In this document: in pieces, positions 1 through 11,837 of the stretch
How positions within the stretch are numbered: position 1 is the stretch's first letter
How the letters are laid out: each line of letters starts with the position of its first letter
Assembly: GCA_003427395.1 (NCBI GenBank)
Contig: BFEA01000016.1
Coordinates: forward strand, 969,712-1,033,711
Length of the DNA stretch: 64,000 bases
Source of the DNA: Chara braunii
Lineage: Eukaryota; Plantae; Charophyceae
Reading direction: 5' to 3'
Notes under the pieces: model-generated
What the model saw: only the letters and a program-made list of their open reading frames with translations
Told to the model about the DNA's origin: nothing
Databases searched by the model: none
Made by a program: the position numbers and the translations under genes

Positions 1-600
1 TTGGCAGCGCTTTTCGTAGAAAAAATGCCTTCTCAAAATTTATACTAGCTCAAATATGAAAGCAAAAATAATATTTAACACTCGAAAGTCCAATTTTGTC
101 AAACTCCCTGAATTAACAAACGTTTTGGCTGCACTCCTTTTTGAAAAAGAGACTTTCCATATTTTTACTAAGTCAGATATGAACTCAAACATAAGACTTG
201 AGTTCTTTTTACTAAGTCAGATATGAACTCAAACATAAGACTTGAGCTCTACCAAAACAAAATTTAACTAACTCCTTAGATTTGTAGAAATTTCGGTAGC
301 GTTTACCGTAGAGAAAGTAACTTTCCACAATTTATACAAAGCTAAGTCCAGAATCAAAAAATAACTTTGACTTCTTAAAGTCCAATTTTGTCCAACCCCC
401 CGAATTAGTAAAATTTTGGGCAGCACTCCCTTTAGAAAAGTAAACTTTTCATATTTTTACTAAGCCATATACAAAACTTAGACAACTTGAACTTTGAAAA
501 GTCAAATTGTGACTAACTCCTTGGTTTTGTAAAAATTTTGACAACACTTCCCGTAGGGAAAGTAGCTGACCAAGATTTATACAAGACCAAGTATAAGGAA
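1..600. repeat. ~120-125 bp degenerate tandem array (5 units) in LTR
   Basis: Recurring (T)TTCGGCAGCGCTTCCCGTAG..AAAG...TTTATAC unit near 1, 125, 291, 416, 536; homologous arrays at 13535-14100, 19220-19760, 28420-28975, 61800-61940. Confidence 0.85.
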
Positions 601-713
601 AGATCCCAAAAAATGCGAGAATTAACATAAGGAAAAAATAATTAACTGAAAAAATACAGGAATTGAACTAACTCCTATGACTCTAGCACGTGGCGAGCAA
701 CTAAAACAAGTAC

Positions 714-1888
714 CTGCCAAACAGAAACTTAGAGTAAGTAGTGATCTCACTCTTTCATATGCAAGGCCAAACTACATTGGTAAGTACTCTCACCAGTCCC
801 CACGTCAAATCCTCATAGATTAGTTCATAAAACCCTCAGATGATTTATCCTTTATAACCAACTTACATATGACGTGGTGCTAGACCATTCAACTTAGAAA
901 CAATGTTTAGCATGCTTTAGGATATACACGAACAGATTGCAAACTACTTCTCTCTTCTTAGGACATATTACTAGACCGTTCAGCTTAGAAACAATGTCTA
1001 GTCGCCCTGAACTGTTTAATATCCAAAGTTTAATAATTTATGACTTTGTTCTCAAAATAAATGAAAATATGGGCAAGGGACTGAGCCATTGAACTTAGAA
1101 ATAATGCTCAGGTTGCCCAGATTACTTCCAACTATATTTTGTGGTTTTCCTTCTCTTCTTAGTGATATGGCTTAGCGCTGGACTATTCAACTTAAAAATC
1201 GTATTCAGCTGACAGTTCAAATGCAATTATAAATAAGGTATTTTCTGTTATAGTCAGTTTATACTTATGTACGTGGTTTTCAGGCTAAACCATTAAGCTT
1301 AGAAACAATGCTTAGCCTTACACCAGAGCTCCTCCCTCAGAAATAAAACAAGAGGCTGAACCATTCAGCTTAGAAATAATGTTCAACATATCCTCAAATC
1401 ATTCGAAGCATGAAGTTTGATTCTTCAGCCCAACCTCAGTCAGACCCCCCCCCAAAAAAATAAACAGACCAAGTCATTCACTTAGAAACAATTCTTAGTC
1501 TCAAAGATCAGCCAAGCGAACCCTTAGAAATAAATATAGCAATCAGGTCATTCAACTTAGAAACAATGTCTGGTCCTTCATAAAACAACCAAATAAACAT
1601 AGCCTTGGACCATTCAACTTAGAAACAATGCCCGGTCCTTGGTTAACCTAGTCAACTACATGCAAAAATGTCTTTCTCCCACCTTACCCCAGTTCATCCC
1701 TTAATCTGCTTTCAGTCAAAATAAAGAAGGAACTTAAGCTTCACTCTCACACGTTCTTTCTATTCAGTCTGATTGAGTCATGAAAAGAAAGCAAAAGTCA
1801 TAGGGGAACTCATGCATACAACAGTTAAACTAGAGGAAGATAGTCACACATGGGTATAAAAGGTTCATACACACAGAAGATGGTATAC
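714..1888 (-). other. Predicted intron in the LTR leader enclosing the hairpin array
   Basis: Minus-strand donor CAG|GTATAC at 1888 and acceptor TTTCTGTTTGGCAG| at 714; equivalent sites at 21109/19881 and 30261/29093, donor also at 63616. Confidence 0.5.
878..1636 (-). repeat. Hairpin array, loop type 1 (9 units)
   Basis: Core CATTCAACTTAGAAACAATG in units starting ~878, 970, 1081, 1177, 1282, 1355, 1466, 1542, 1605, each flanked by a different 5-9 bp inverted repeat. Confidence 0.9.
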
Positions 1889-2150
1889 CTGATAGTTCTC
1901 TGCCTCTAGAACTCCTCCTGAGTTCCGGCAGAACTCCCACAATCGGTGGGCAGACTCCCCACAGAGTCTTAATGCGGTCCTACGGGTTGCATCCCGTCTG
2001 CCGCCTTCCTCTCGTAACCACAGACTAGACTTAGAGTAAGAAGGGTAGAGGGAGAAACATTAAGACTCTCATATACAAGAAGGGTGTTCTCAGGCTCACG
2101 CGAGAGGGCCTTGATTCCTTGACTCACGTGAGGGTCCCGCAATGATGGTC
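1889..2150 (-). promoter_or_regulatory. Conserved block, probable core promoter / first exon of the LTR transcript
   Basis: Segment shared by all six LTR copies (also ~15385-15645, 21110-21372, 30262-30513, 51625-51885, 63617-63855); a pyrimidine patch on the minus strand is followed by a splice donor. Confidence 0.45.
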
Positions 2151-5100
2151 AAAGCGTAGCCAGAACTTGGTCAACTGAAGTCAAATCGTCAACCGTTGAC
2201 TCCCTGCCAATCCTTTCAATTGCAACAACTATCCCCCCCCCTTTTTGGAGAGTTTGATCACCACTCCTAATCGTAGTCCCGCCATCTCCGGCCAGACTTA
2301 TAACACATAGCCCAACGACAACAACTTGTAGCAAACCTGCATGCTCAACAAACCGTGCGCAGCTACATGACTCAAAGGTAAATCCCAACAATGAAATTCA
2401 TTAGTGCAACAAAACTCAATAATATATGGCAACGTTCAGCGTAAAACCCATGTGCAGTCATAGCAGGCACTCCATCCCTGCACTATAATGTATTACTACA
2501 GGCTCAGAGACACCATACGTATAACAATTGTGTTTGCACAACGATTTGTATGGCAACCCCCAAAAAACTCCGAGCTCAGCAAGGTGAGGCAAAAGTGCAG
2601 CGAGGTCAAAAATCTTCATTCAGAAATAAGAAGCACAACAAATGTTGCTCGAAGCTCACTGAGAGGGGTTAAGCGTAGTAGTTAACTTCACAGTGGCTAC
2701 GACAGTTCGTACTCCAAAACAACGGTACGCAATGTGCAGTGATACATAAGTCGTTCACCAACGCCTCAGCAAAACACCGAGATGTCGTAAGTCCGGCTCA
2801 GTGGACCGCAAATGAACTTCTCCACTGGAGGTCAATCCTAACGGCAAGGTGTGAACAGGCCCCTCAATCCAGCACAGCTTGCTGTATCCGCTCACTCAAT
2901 TGGTTGTAAACAATATCCGCCCGTTTCTTGCCCAGCAACGGCGGTTCATCCATGTAAGTTCAGTCGTCCTCTTGCTCGTGCTCACTCTGAGCCGTCAGTT
3001 TGACGCTCAGGGAGAGTCTCACATCTGCACTCACTGGCAGCCTTGTAGTTCGACACTGTAACTCGACCTGCGGTCTACCTTACACTGCCAACTCGCCAGG
3101 TAAGTTTTCTCCCCCTTTCTCATTTGCCCACCCGTTCTCCTACTGAACCTGTTCCACTGATGTATGACCGCTCCTATTGCCAACAAGCAACCAAGGACTC
3201 GGGACCGAACGGGCGATCCAGATGACTGGTATGAGCAAAGTGAATACAGACACCACGATGACGGGCAGTGCTCTGACGACTATCTATGCCACACTGCTAT
3301 CCTGCTGGTTTCAAACAACGTAACGAGCATCTCGACTAAAAGCAACTACGCGCTAGAGGAATAGAGAGAGACTTCCGTTCTTGATAAAATAAACAAATTC
3401 AAAATGAATCATTCACCAGAATATGGAAATATACACCACTACTCGTGCATAGGTGTGCGTGTGTGTGTGAGAGAGAGGGTATTCCACCATTTGGCTGCAC
3501 AACACGTCGGCCAACGGGTAAGTATCCAACCTCGTGACCGGCCTTAGGTTACTCTCATCGATAGAATGAGCAAAATCGAATGAATCTTCTGCTAGAGCAC
3601 GACGAAATACGCCACCACTCTAAAATTGTCTCCCCCGAGCACAACCCGTTATTTGCACACCTAAAAAACTAGCCACTAAGCTCTAATCCTAACATCACCA
3701 TTGAATCCGCCAGTCCTCAATCTCCCCAGGACGCACCTCCCCTCATCTGATTTAGTCAAGAGTCTGATGGGTTAATCCCCTACCATATCCGCTCCTTCAC
3801 GCACTCCGCGCACATTTTTTTTCCAGTATTTTTTTCTATACTAATCTTCACACCAATCTGACTCCGGATCCCGGTTCGCAAGCGCCGAAAACCCCCGATC
3901 CACTTGGCCAGTTTGGTCAAGGATCACACGCGTTGCTTACTTCTTACTGTGCCATGGCTCGTTCCTTCACCATCTCTTCTATCGACTGTTTCCGGCGCCA
4001 AATCATACTCGATTCATCTCTCTTGCTGTGTTCGTGCCCGATGTTTTCACCACCTCCGTTGACCTCGTCCCTGCTTCGTTCGACAACGCTTAACGCAGCG
4101 GCCTTCGGGCAGCTCAAGTATTTGAGGAAAACTTCCAAGGGACCTACTACTTGGATGATTCACAAAGGTTTTCCACCTCTACGCCCGGGCGAACGAACTA
4201 TTCGCACATGTCAGTTCCGTCGTAGCCCCTCCCTCCTCTCGCCCTACTCAGGTTGTTGCCGCCTTGAACCTCCAACAGACAGCCCCCACAGAGACAACTA
4301 GTCGCAGTGCGGCCTGCTACAAGGCTAGCGCGGGCCTTGGTGGGTGGGTGCGATGCAATTCTCGGTCGTGGTAACATGCGACCGAGGTGAAGTAAGGTCC
4401 CATGTGAGCAAGACACGCTGCGGCCTCCGCCCTGGTGCCCTCTGCCGCTACCCAGGCATAGTCCAACCCCAATAGGGCCCGGCGAGCATGCTCACACTCA
4501 AACCATCTCGCAACAGATCATGGTTGGCGGACAGTGCATCTGCGGCAATCCCCACCAGTCAAGTTTTTTCCGCTTCGTGGGCTAACCAGCCACGGGCTTG
4601 CACGCACGTCGGCTTCCTCGGCCCACACCCTAGGATGGTGGGACCAAGGACCCTCACCAGCATCCCGAAAGACTTAGGAACCCGTAGGTCAACGAAATGA
4701 AGAGCTCGTGCTCAAAACCCTCGACCATCACGACGACCTCCAAATCCAGCGTCACACCGGAGTCAAAGAACATCGGAGCAGAATAACAATAAATAATAAA
4801 AAATTTATTTAGAAATTTTTAATCGTCAGGAAGCGGCGGATGAAACAAAAAGGGACCCGCTATACCGCCCCGACTGCGCCGACGACAAAACCAAGGATGA
4901 TAGCCCCGTCAGACCCTCAACCCCTCGTTCTCTCTATGCCATTCTGATATCCCCGCGTCGTCACCGCTCGATCTCGATGCCTGAATCTCTTTGATGAAAA
5001 AGTCCGACGCTGTATCCAATAGTGCTAGGCCCAAGGCAAGGTCTCGCTTTGACGGACACCTAAGTAAACAGATATTGTGCGACGCTTAGATCTACCGAAG

Positions 5101-5850
5101 CATTCTCAAAATCACATGGTTGTCGATGTCGTCCTTCAAGTTCGCACAGATCACAGATAAACAACCAATCACGAGACGAAATCTTTTTAATCCTAGTTTA
5201 ATCATAAAATAAAAGTCTGGTCGGTGACCAACGCCGATTTTCACAATCATCAAAGGGAAAAAAAATCATGCGCGCCTTAAGTCTGCGCGTCCACACACTC
5301 TCTATCCTAGTCAAACATCCAGGCAGTGTGGTCAAGACACAGTTGTGAATCGTGCGGCGCACTCAAATCCTAAACCAAACTTATTTTCTGTCACTTGCAA
5401 AAACCAGGGCGGATACCCTTGTAAGGGTATTCGCGCCGACAGCTTACCGGACCATATTAAGCGGCGTCCCTGTCGCATCGCAGAATTGAAAACTATCAAC
5501 TCATCCATAATCCAAAATGTTGACGAGAAAAAAACCAATCCGATTAGCCGACAGACTCCGGTTCGAGGCCTCCATCAATCTATGCCAAACATAACTATAT
5601 GGTGTCAAGATTCCAACCTGGGTCTCCATTGTCTTGACACTAGGACGCCGGGATACTGACATATGTATTACAATATAAGTTTCAGTGACCCTCTCAACCG
5701 TCCTCTCCCCATTGTCATAGACAAACGCTGACTTCTCGTTAAGTGTCCCATTTTGTTTCTACCCTGCAAGCAGGGCCATAACTAAGGACGCGGGCCCTAA
5801 GTGAGGCCTTTGAAGGTATTCTTGCCTTCCTCTCAACAATTCGTACAATC

Positions 5851-5852
<2 letters not shown>

Positions 5853-5912
<60 letters not shown>
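5853..5912. repeat. (AT)n/(ATATAC)n microsatellite
   Basis: Direct reading. Confidence 0.95.
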
Positions 5913-5915
<3 letters not shown>

Positions 5916-7645
5916 CCTATCTCAGACTCTTCCTGCAGTCTAGTACAGGAAGGTCATGTCTCCATCTTGGCCCACCATAGTCTTGGTGATTGAGCCAGAT
6001 CTACGGCCCATCACGTTGTTATTTTAGCGGTGGTGCCCTCGCATGTTGCACCACGATAGGCTTTCTCCTGATAAGCATTCAATCAGGACTCTTAAAAAGA
6101 CTCAATTGAGTCAACTCGTTATCTCGACATCATCCCACAGGAAGTAAAACCCTCCTAGGTGGCCACACCCCTTTACGTCTTTACTCCTTTGGTGAGACGT
6201 GGGCCTGCTGCCAGGTTACACCGATCAGCAGCCAATACCAGGGGTTATGCCCCAGTAATGCTAAACTTTACCGTTATATTCTCGAAAATGCCTTAAATTT
6301 AGCACAAGTGGCTAGACGGTGTATCGCAACAATACAGGCTTATTGCGAGACTACGCAAAGGTCTGTCACACATAAAAGGCATTTACCAGTCCTCAGTGGG
6401 ACAACACAGGGAACATAACATCCTCTCCACATTCACAAAACAAAATCACCGCCAGATTCACAAGGTCGTGGCTTCCCAACTTGATCACAGTAAGAAAACC
6501 ACACATTTCAATGACATCTCACTAATGAGCAATCCTTGCAACCTTGAAAATTTCACCAATGACCAAACAAAAACTTCATCCTTCTCGTCAAGCTTCATCT
6601 TTGAAATCAACTTTCCATGCCATTAAATTTTTTAACCATCTTTCAGTCAAAGGAGACCTCACTCATTAGGTCTCTCAGTCATCCCTCTCTCTAGGATGAA
6701 CTTTCAAACGACATTTTTAAAACATCTTCTTCCTGAAGATGAGTCTCAAAATAAACAAAAGACCACCTTCCCATGTGAAGTCGCCTCAACCATGAAACAA
6801 TTTAACACTGAGAGACCAACTTATGGGTCCTCGTCACAACTCAATAATAAATATTTGGCATGACAAGCATTCGAGTCTCAAAGACTCATACATCTTTTAG
6901 GGTTCTCACATCCTTCTCAAGAACAAACTGCACTTCCTCCCCTTATACCCGACCCTATCATCCGCCCGTGGGCAGACCGCACGAGTATACCGAAGAGTAG
7001 ACAGTTCACACTCATTCACATTCGCTACACACAAAACACACGAGATGTTTCACATACATCTCTCACACACAGTCATCATACATCAGGATAAAACCACACA
7101 TGTGAGAGTGATTGTGATCGTCGTGTACAACGGATAATCTCAAGGAATCTTAACTCAATATACACTCAGAGGTGGGATATCCCACCTAAAGAATGTAGCA
7201 AAAAAGAGTTTTGGGTCACATATACACTTAGAGTTGAACAATCTCAACTCAAAATGACATTAGTATCACACAATTGTCATGACTTCCCTAACAGAACTAA
7301 ACTGAAGCAGTTTTAATTAGGTTGTAATCACGCCTCTTAACTCGAGGGGGATCAACTAAAACCCAAGGCGTGCCCAAGTATTATAAAAGTAACACAAAGC
7401 ACACTAGACAATCACTGCGTTACTAAATGGGTCTCACACAAACGTCACATACTATACTTCCTAGGCTAAAGAGTCCAACCTTCATCCACACTAAAGTCAC
7501 TCCCTAAGCCTCTCATACCTCCTGTCTATAACTCGGGTTATTTTACCGAACCATTATTGCGAAACCCCTTCCCTTCGTCCTCTATGCTATTTACAGTAAC
7601 TACATGACTGGGGTTTCTTACTTATGCTTGTGATCCTCTCAATCT

Positions 7646-8632
7646 TTAGGTCCTCTTCACACAAATCCTCTCTCTCCACAACCACAATTTAGAGGCAGTG
7701 CTTGATGTTTTATCGTGCCGCGAAGTCTCTTTCCTCGTTCCCCCAAGCATGGTCGGGTCGATATATTTCCCAGCTCTGTCAAAAACATTCCCTTCCATAT
7801 TAGTCTTTATTAGGCCACTTGCCTCATCTGCCCTTCGTTCATGACATAATTTTATTATGTGTCTCTCTTTGGCACAATGCCTGCAAGTGGTTTTCTTCCA
7901 ATCGACTTTTCCTCCTCGAAATTCATTGCCAGCGTCTAAATTCACCTGAGCTCGACTGTTTTTCTTTCTCTGGGCTTCGGCTAGATTAGGGCGCTCACGC
8001 CCTTTTTTCCAATTACCCCTCTCCTCATCTCTTCCTCCCTCTCGAGCACTAGACCACTTTCTTTGGATCCTCTTGCGGTGGAGAGGATCTCGTTCATTAC
8101 CTTCTATCATCTCCTCACCTCTGCCTGCCGGCTCACCCAATATCTCTCTTGGAGTCTTCCGCTTGCCTCTTCTGAGTTCCTCCAATTGCGCAATTCTCTC
8201 TCCTAATATCTTTGATTCTCTTTGTTCATCAGCTACCCGTTCTTGTACTGACGCATCTCCAACAACTAGCGCAATCTAAGGGATTCTGCTTGGCTGAATG
8301 AGATCATCTTCTTCTGGAAACCTTTTTCTCAGAAAGTTATCGAGCCCACTCCACATCCTTGACTTCAATACGAAAATGTCTACTTCCTCGCTGACGTTCT
8401 CACAAACGAATAACGGTAGCAGACTCGACATAGTTATCTTGTCCCACATCTTTGCGAGGCTAAAATCATAATAGGCGTGGAGAAAATCAGACAAATTCCT
8501 TCCTTGGAACAACAAAGCTCGGAGATTTGAGGTCATCGAGTCGTGCACCGACTCGCACAATAACACCTTCGTGAGGCAAGAACTCCTTCAAAGCAGGATC
8601 TTGGTGAAACCACTTTCTTCAAGTTGAGCCAT
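7646..8632 (-). pseudogene. gag: gag of E1, one frame with in-frame stops
   Basis: ATG at 8632, stops at 8590 and 8278, same frame through ORFs 8276-8566 and 7646-8185. CRHCAKERHIIKLC is a Cx2Cx4Hx4C knuckle. LLFQGRNLSDFL aligns with LYFNGRYVTGFV of the plus-strand gag. Confidence 0.85.
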
Positions 8633-8969
8633 GATGTCGAGGCTGGCCTGACAAGCATGACAAGCAATGGATCATCAAGCTGTAACGCAAGAAAGCTCTA
8701 AACAAATAAGGGTTAGTAAAACTGCTAATATTCAAATCGCACTAACCCTTTTCTCGCCCACATAACTAAACCTTAACTTTAGTTACCCTTACTCTAACCT
8801 TAAGGGTACTATAAACAATATACACCCCACATAGGTGGGGCTTTCAAAACCAGTTATAGATAGACAGTAGTAGTGGCTACAATAGTGATTGGTCCTCGTA
8901 CTCGCAGTGTAAAAAAAATCATAGACGAGTCTTAAGAAAGATACACTTGGCAGAATATGAGGACACACT

Positions 8970-9524
8970 CTATCGACTCAATGTTGCCCGAATCTCATCC
9001 CAATCTTCACTTCTTTCACCCGGATTGTGAGAGTTAGCATATGCGTCAACCACATTGGCCATGTTCCTAAGTCCTTGACTAGGGGGTAAAAACCTTAGGT
9101 CTAGGTACATGTCATATATCATTTCGTATGTATAGCGTTCATACCCGCATTCTTGCGTCCTCCCAGCGGCTTGTGCTGCGGCCTCTATCCTCGTCTGTCC
9201 CCCAAAACGTTTCTCTACGAGAAATTTGGGCAGGACAATTCGTAGCGGGGTTGAAGGTAAAACAAACTTTCCAACACACTTGACCACTATATGGGTCTCC
9301 ACCTGCTCTTCTCCTTCATCGACCTTGCCTCTCGCCCACTTTGTCATAGCTCCCTCAGCTATTCGCAAAGACCTCGCAAGCAGGCTCCCATGCCCAAACG
9401 CCAATTCGCCCCCATGTTTGACCCAAAATGAGGAAGAGACATATAGTGTTACCCTCATGATCGCACAACCCTGATCATCGTCAAATCCCGACTCGATCCA
9501 GACAAAAATACCCGTATCTATCAA
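8970..9524 (-). CDS. Accessory ORF family B member upstream of gag (unknown function, 5' end decayed)
   Basis: 184-codon open frame; GIFVWIES, TLYVSSSFW, VLPKFL and IYDMYLDLRFLPP align with ORFs 34989-35675 and 35653-36354. Confidence 0.65.
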   Translation of the reverse strand: MIDTGIFVWIESGFDDDQGCAIMRVTLYVSSSFWVKHGGELAFGHGSLLARSLRIAEGAMTKWARGKVDEGEEQVETHIVVKCVGKFVLPSTPLRIVLPKFLVEKRFGGQTRIEAAAQAAGRTQECGYERYTYEMIYDMYLDLRFLPPSQGLRNMANVVDAYANSHNPGERSEDWDEIRATLSR

Positions 9525-10074
9525 TATGCCCCACCATGATGAGATATATTATCCTTGACTTACATTGACAAAGATATCTCAAATCCATCTTCCTTTTTCA
9601 CTGGCAAAACCATATTGAGATCTTCCTTAGCAAAAGGCATCCTGAGCTGCCTTTGCTCTGGTCTGGGTTCTGCCCATCACATAAAAAACGTCCAGCATAC
9701 GCCTTCTGTTACTATGTTGATAATCACCTTCTACAATCTCTACTCTTAAAGTCTTAGCTTCAAATCATCTTTCACTAAAATTCATCCTTTCCAGTGTTTA
9801 CGACCCCCCAGCTTAGAGGGAATAATACCGGTAATATATCATGGTAATAATACATTCACAACTATCAAAATTCATAACAATAATTACGAATGGAAAATGA
9901 TAAATTACCTTAGTAACTGTCATCAACAATACTCATAAAAATCAAATACATTATACACAAGCTTGTCAGCTACCCAGAAGCATAAACAAATACCTCATAA
10001 TGATAAACTTTATACTAACAGACATATTATATGATAGCCACGTCTCCCCAACTTTAACAAAAGTATACTGTGAC

Positions 10075-10400
10075 GATGAGCAGTGTAATCCTTTTTAGGA
10101 TTGATAGCATCTAAAATCCCTGAGCCCTGGTCAAGGATCAAGCCTCACTGCTTCTCCCTTCGATTCTAGCATCTGCACTTGCAGACCCTTGTCAATAAAG
10201 TAAACACCCTCACCATACACGCTTCGGGGTGTGTCGTCCCATCCTGTGCTGACGAACCCACTTGACACAAAAACAGTTGGGGATTCACCCCTTACCTCTT
10301 TGTGACATGTAGTAGCTGCTTCCTTCATAGGCCATGGCCTAACAAGGCTCAAACACTTTCCTCCTATTCAGTAGTGGTGTAGTCATCTTATCACAGAGGA
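10075..10400 (-). pseudogene. Accessory ORF (A-like), decayed
   Basis: WPMKEAATTCHKEVRGESPT..RSVYGEGVYFIDKGLQ versus WPLGEAATTCHREVGGESPT..RSMYGEVVYFIGKGLQ at 58783-59040, with synonymous changes (GCA/GCG, ACA/ACC, TGT/TGC). Confidence 0.6.
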
Positions 10401-11099
10401 TACAACAACAATACCCCACTATGGACCAGGAACATAGTTCCGGCGTGGGTCTCACTACTACCTACAAGACAAAGTTATAATTTCCTCAAAGCCATTTCTC
10501 AAGGGAACAATAACATAGGATTGCACACTTCCTTAGGGTAGACTTTACACGTTGACCATTCTATGAGAAAAAACGTTTCTCAAGGAAATGGTTACTCGAT
10601 TCTCCTCTGAATCCGCACCAGACGTGGATTCTGCACAATGCTTCTACCCCTCTCTGAAGAGCAATCCGAATACACAGGCTTAATAGACAACCATAAGCCG
10701 ATAATTGAACTTGAGATGCTCATATAAATCCTTGCAGACTGATAAGTTCAAGTACATACCTTAGATAAATAGCCCATACGAAATATTTCTGAAAGGGATA
10801 AATTTAAAATAACATCAAACACACAATCATATATAAATAGTCACTAAAAAAGACTTACTCAGATAAAAAATTGACATATATGGATAAGTTCAATATATAA
10901 CTCAAAGAGAAAATGCCCTCAGAAAGTTAGTCTCAAGTGCTTAGCTTCAACCCATAGATTCAAGTGGATGGTCCAAACCTGGAAAGGTTCAAGCGAAGGT
11001 CAAACATCACCTACATCTCGTTGCTCTATCAAATGTAAGCAAAAATGATTCAAGTGTTAGCCCCTTCACTATTATCCCGACTGCCCCTAGGATCTGATA

Positions 11100-11356
11100 T
11101 CTCTCTCGCAGAGAAGGTACTATGTAGACATACTACATCTCGTAATCTCTTCTATTGAGGTCATAACACGGTGTTCCCTGCACCTATCTGCTGCGTTATG
11201 TGCCTAGTTCACAACACATCACACGAGGCAGACCTCACTCTTCCTTGACGAATAACTGCTTAGAACCCAGACTTAAGGATCCCAATCCACGCTCACGAAA
11301 AACGTTCAGCGCCTTTAGCCTAACTCTCCTCGAAGTCCCTCGACGACTTCTAACAT
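11100..11356 (-). pseudogene. Second, more decayed family B paralog in E1
   Basis: MLEVVEG/RRVRLKALNVFRERG resembles MVRIVEAAEGGRVKIERVDLLRERE of ORF 34241; downstream YVYIVPSL matches the IFVKPEAW-type motif; frameshifted. Confidence 0.4.
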
Positions 11357-11817
11357 AATAGGCTCCCTTACTCATCCTCGACCTTACTCTAAGGTAAAAG
11401 TTCCAAGTTGCTCTTATGACCACTCAGATAACATATGCGACCATAATAGGTATCTTATCGGGCCAACTTCCACAATGGACATGCTGAACCATGTTGACAC
11501 CACCTCATCTTACCCTAGCCATATCAGATATACAAAGCATCATCTAAATCCATCAACTATCAAGGTCAGAGGGGGTGACAACTCCAACTACTATCACGCT
11601 AATCAGAGTACGTGAGCGTGTACTCCTAACGTCTATATCTCGCGCCACCCTTACTACACTAGCCAAAACCATCTCACATAATCAACTCTCACTCGCTCTC
11701 TATCCAATACCATCAATCGATTAACCATAAAAACTCAAAGAAACTTCTCATTTTGCCAAGTTCTCACATTCCCATCCCGGATGTCGTTCCACGAGGGACA
11801 ACGGTAAGCAACCGTTA

Positions 11818-11835
11818 TCCCCAGCAATAACAGCA
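11818..11835 (-). promoter_or_regulatory. Degenerate tRNA-Asp primer-binding site of E1
   Basis: Minus strand TGCTGTTATTGCTGGGGA versus TGGCGCCGTTGCCGGGGA in E2, same 2-nt offset from the LTR end; differences are mostly transitions. Confidence 0.75.
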
Positions 11836-11837
11836 CC

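Larger units (their letters stand above)
1..3880 (-). repeat. E1 3' LTR (partial)
   Basis: Colinear with 13541-17386; contains the 120-bp array, the hairpin array and the conserved leader block. Confidence 0.75.

Noticed and set aside
162-246. Exact ~41-nt local duplication
   Set aside because: Absent from the sister LTR; an ordinary slippage event.
878-1636. CRISPR array
   Set aside because: Spacers are irregular in length and inherited unit-for-unit among LTR copies, the palindromic part varies rather than being constant, there are no cas genes, and the context is a eukaryotic TE.
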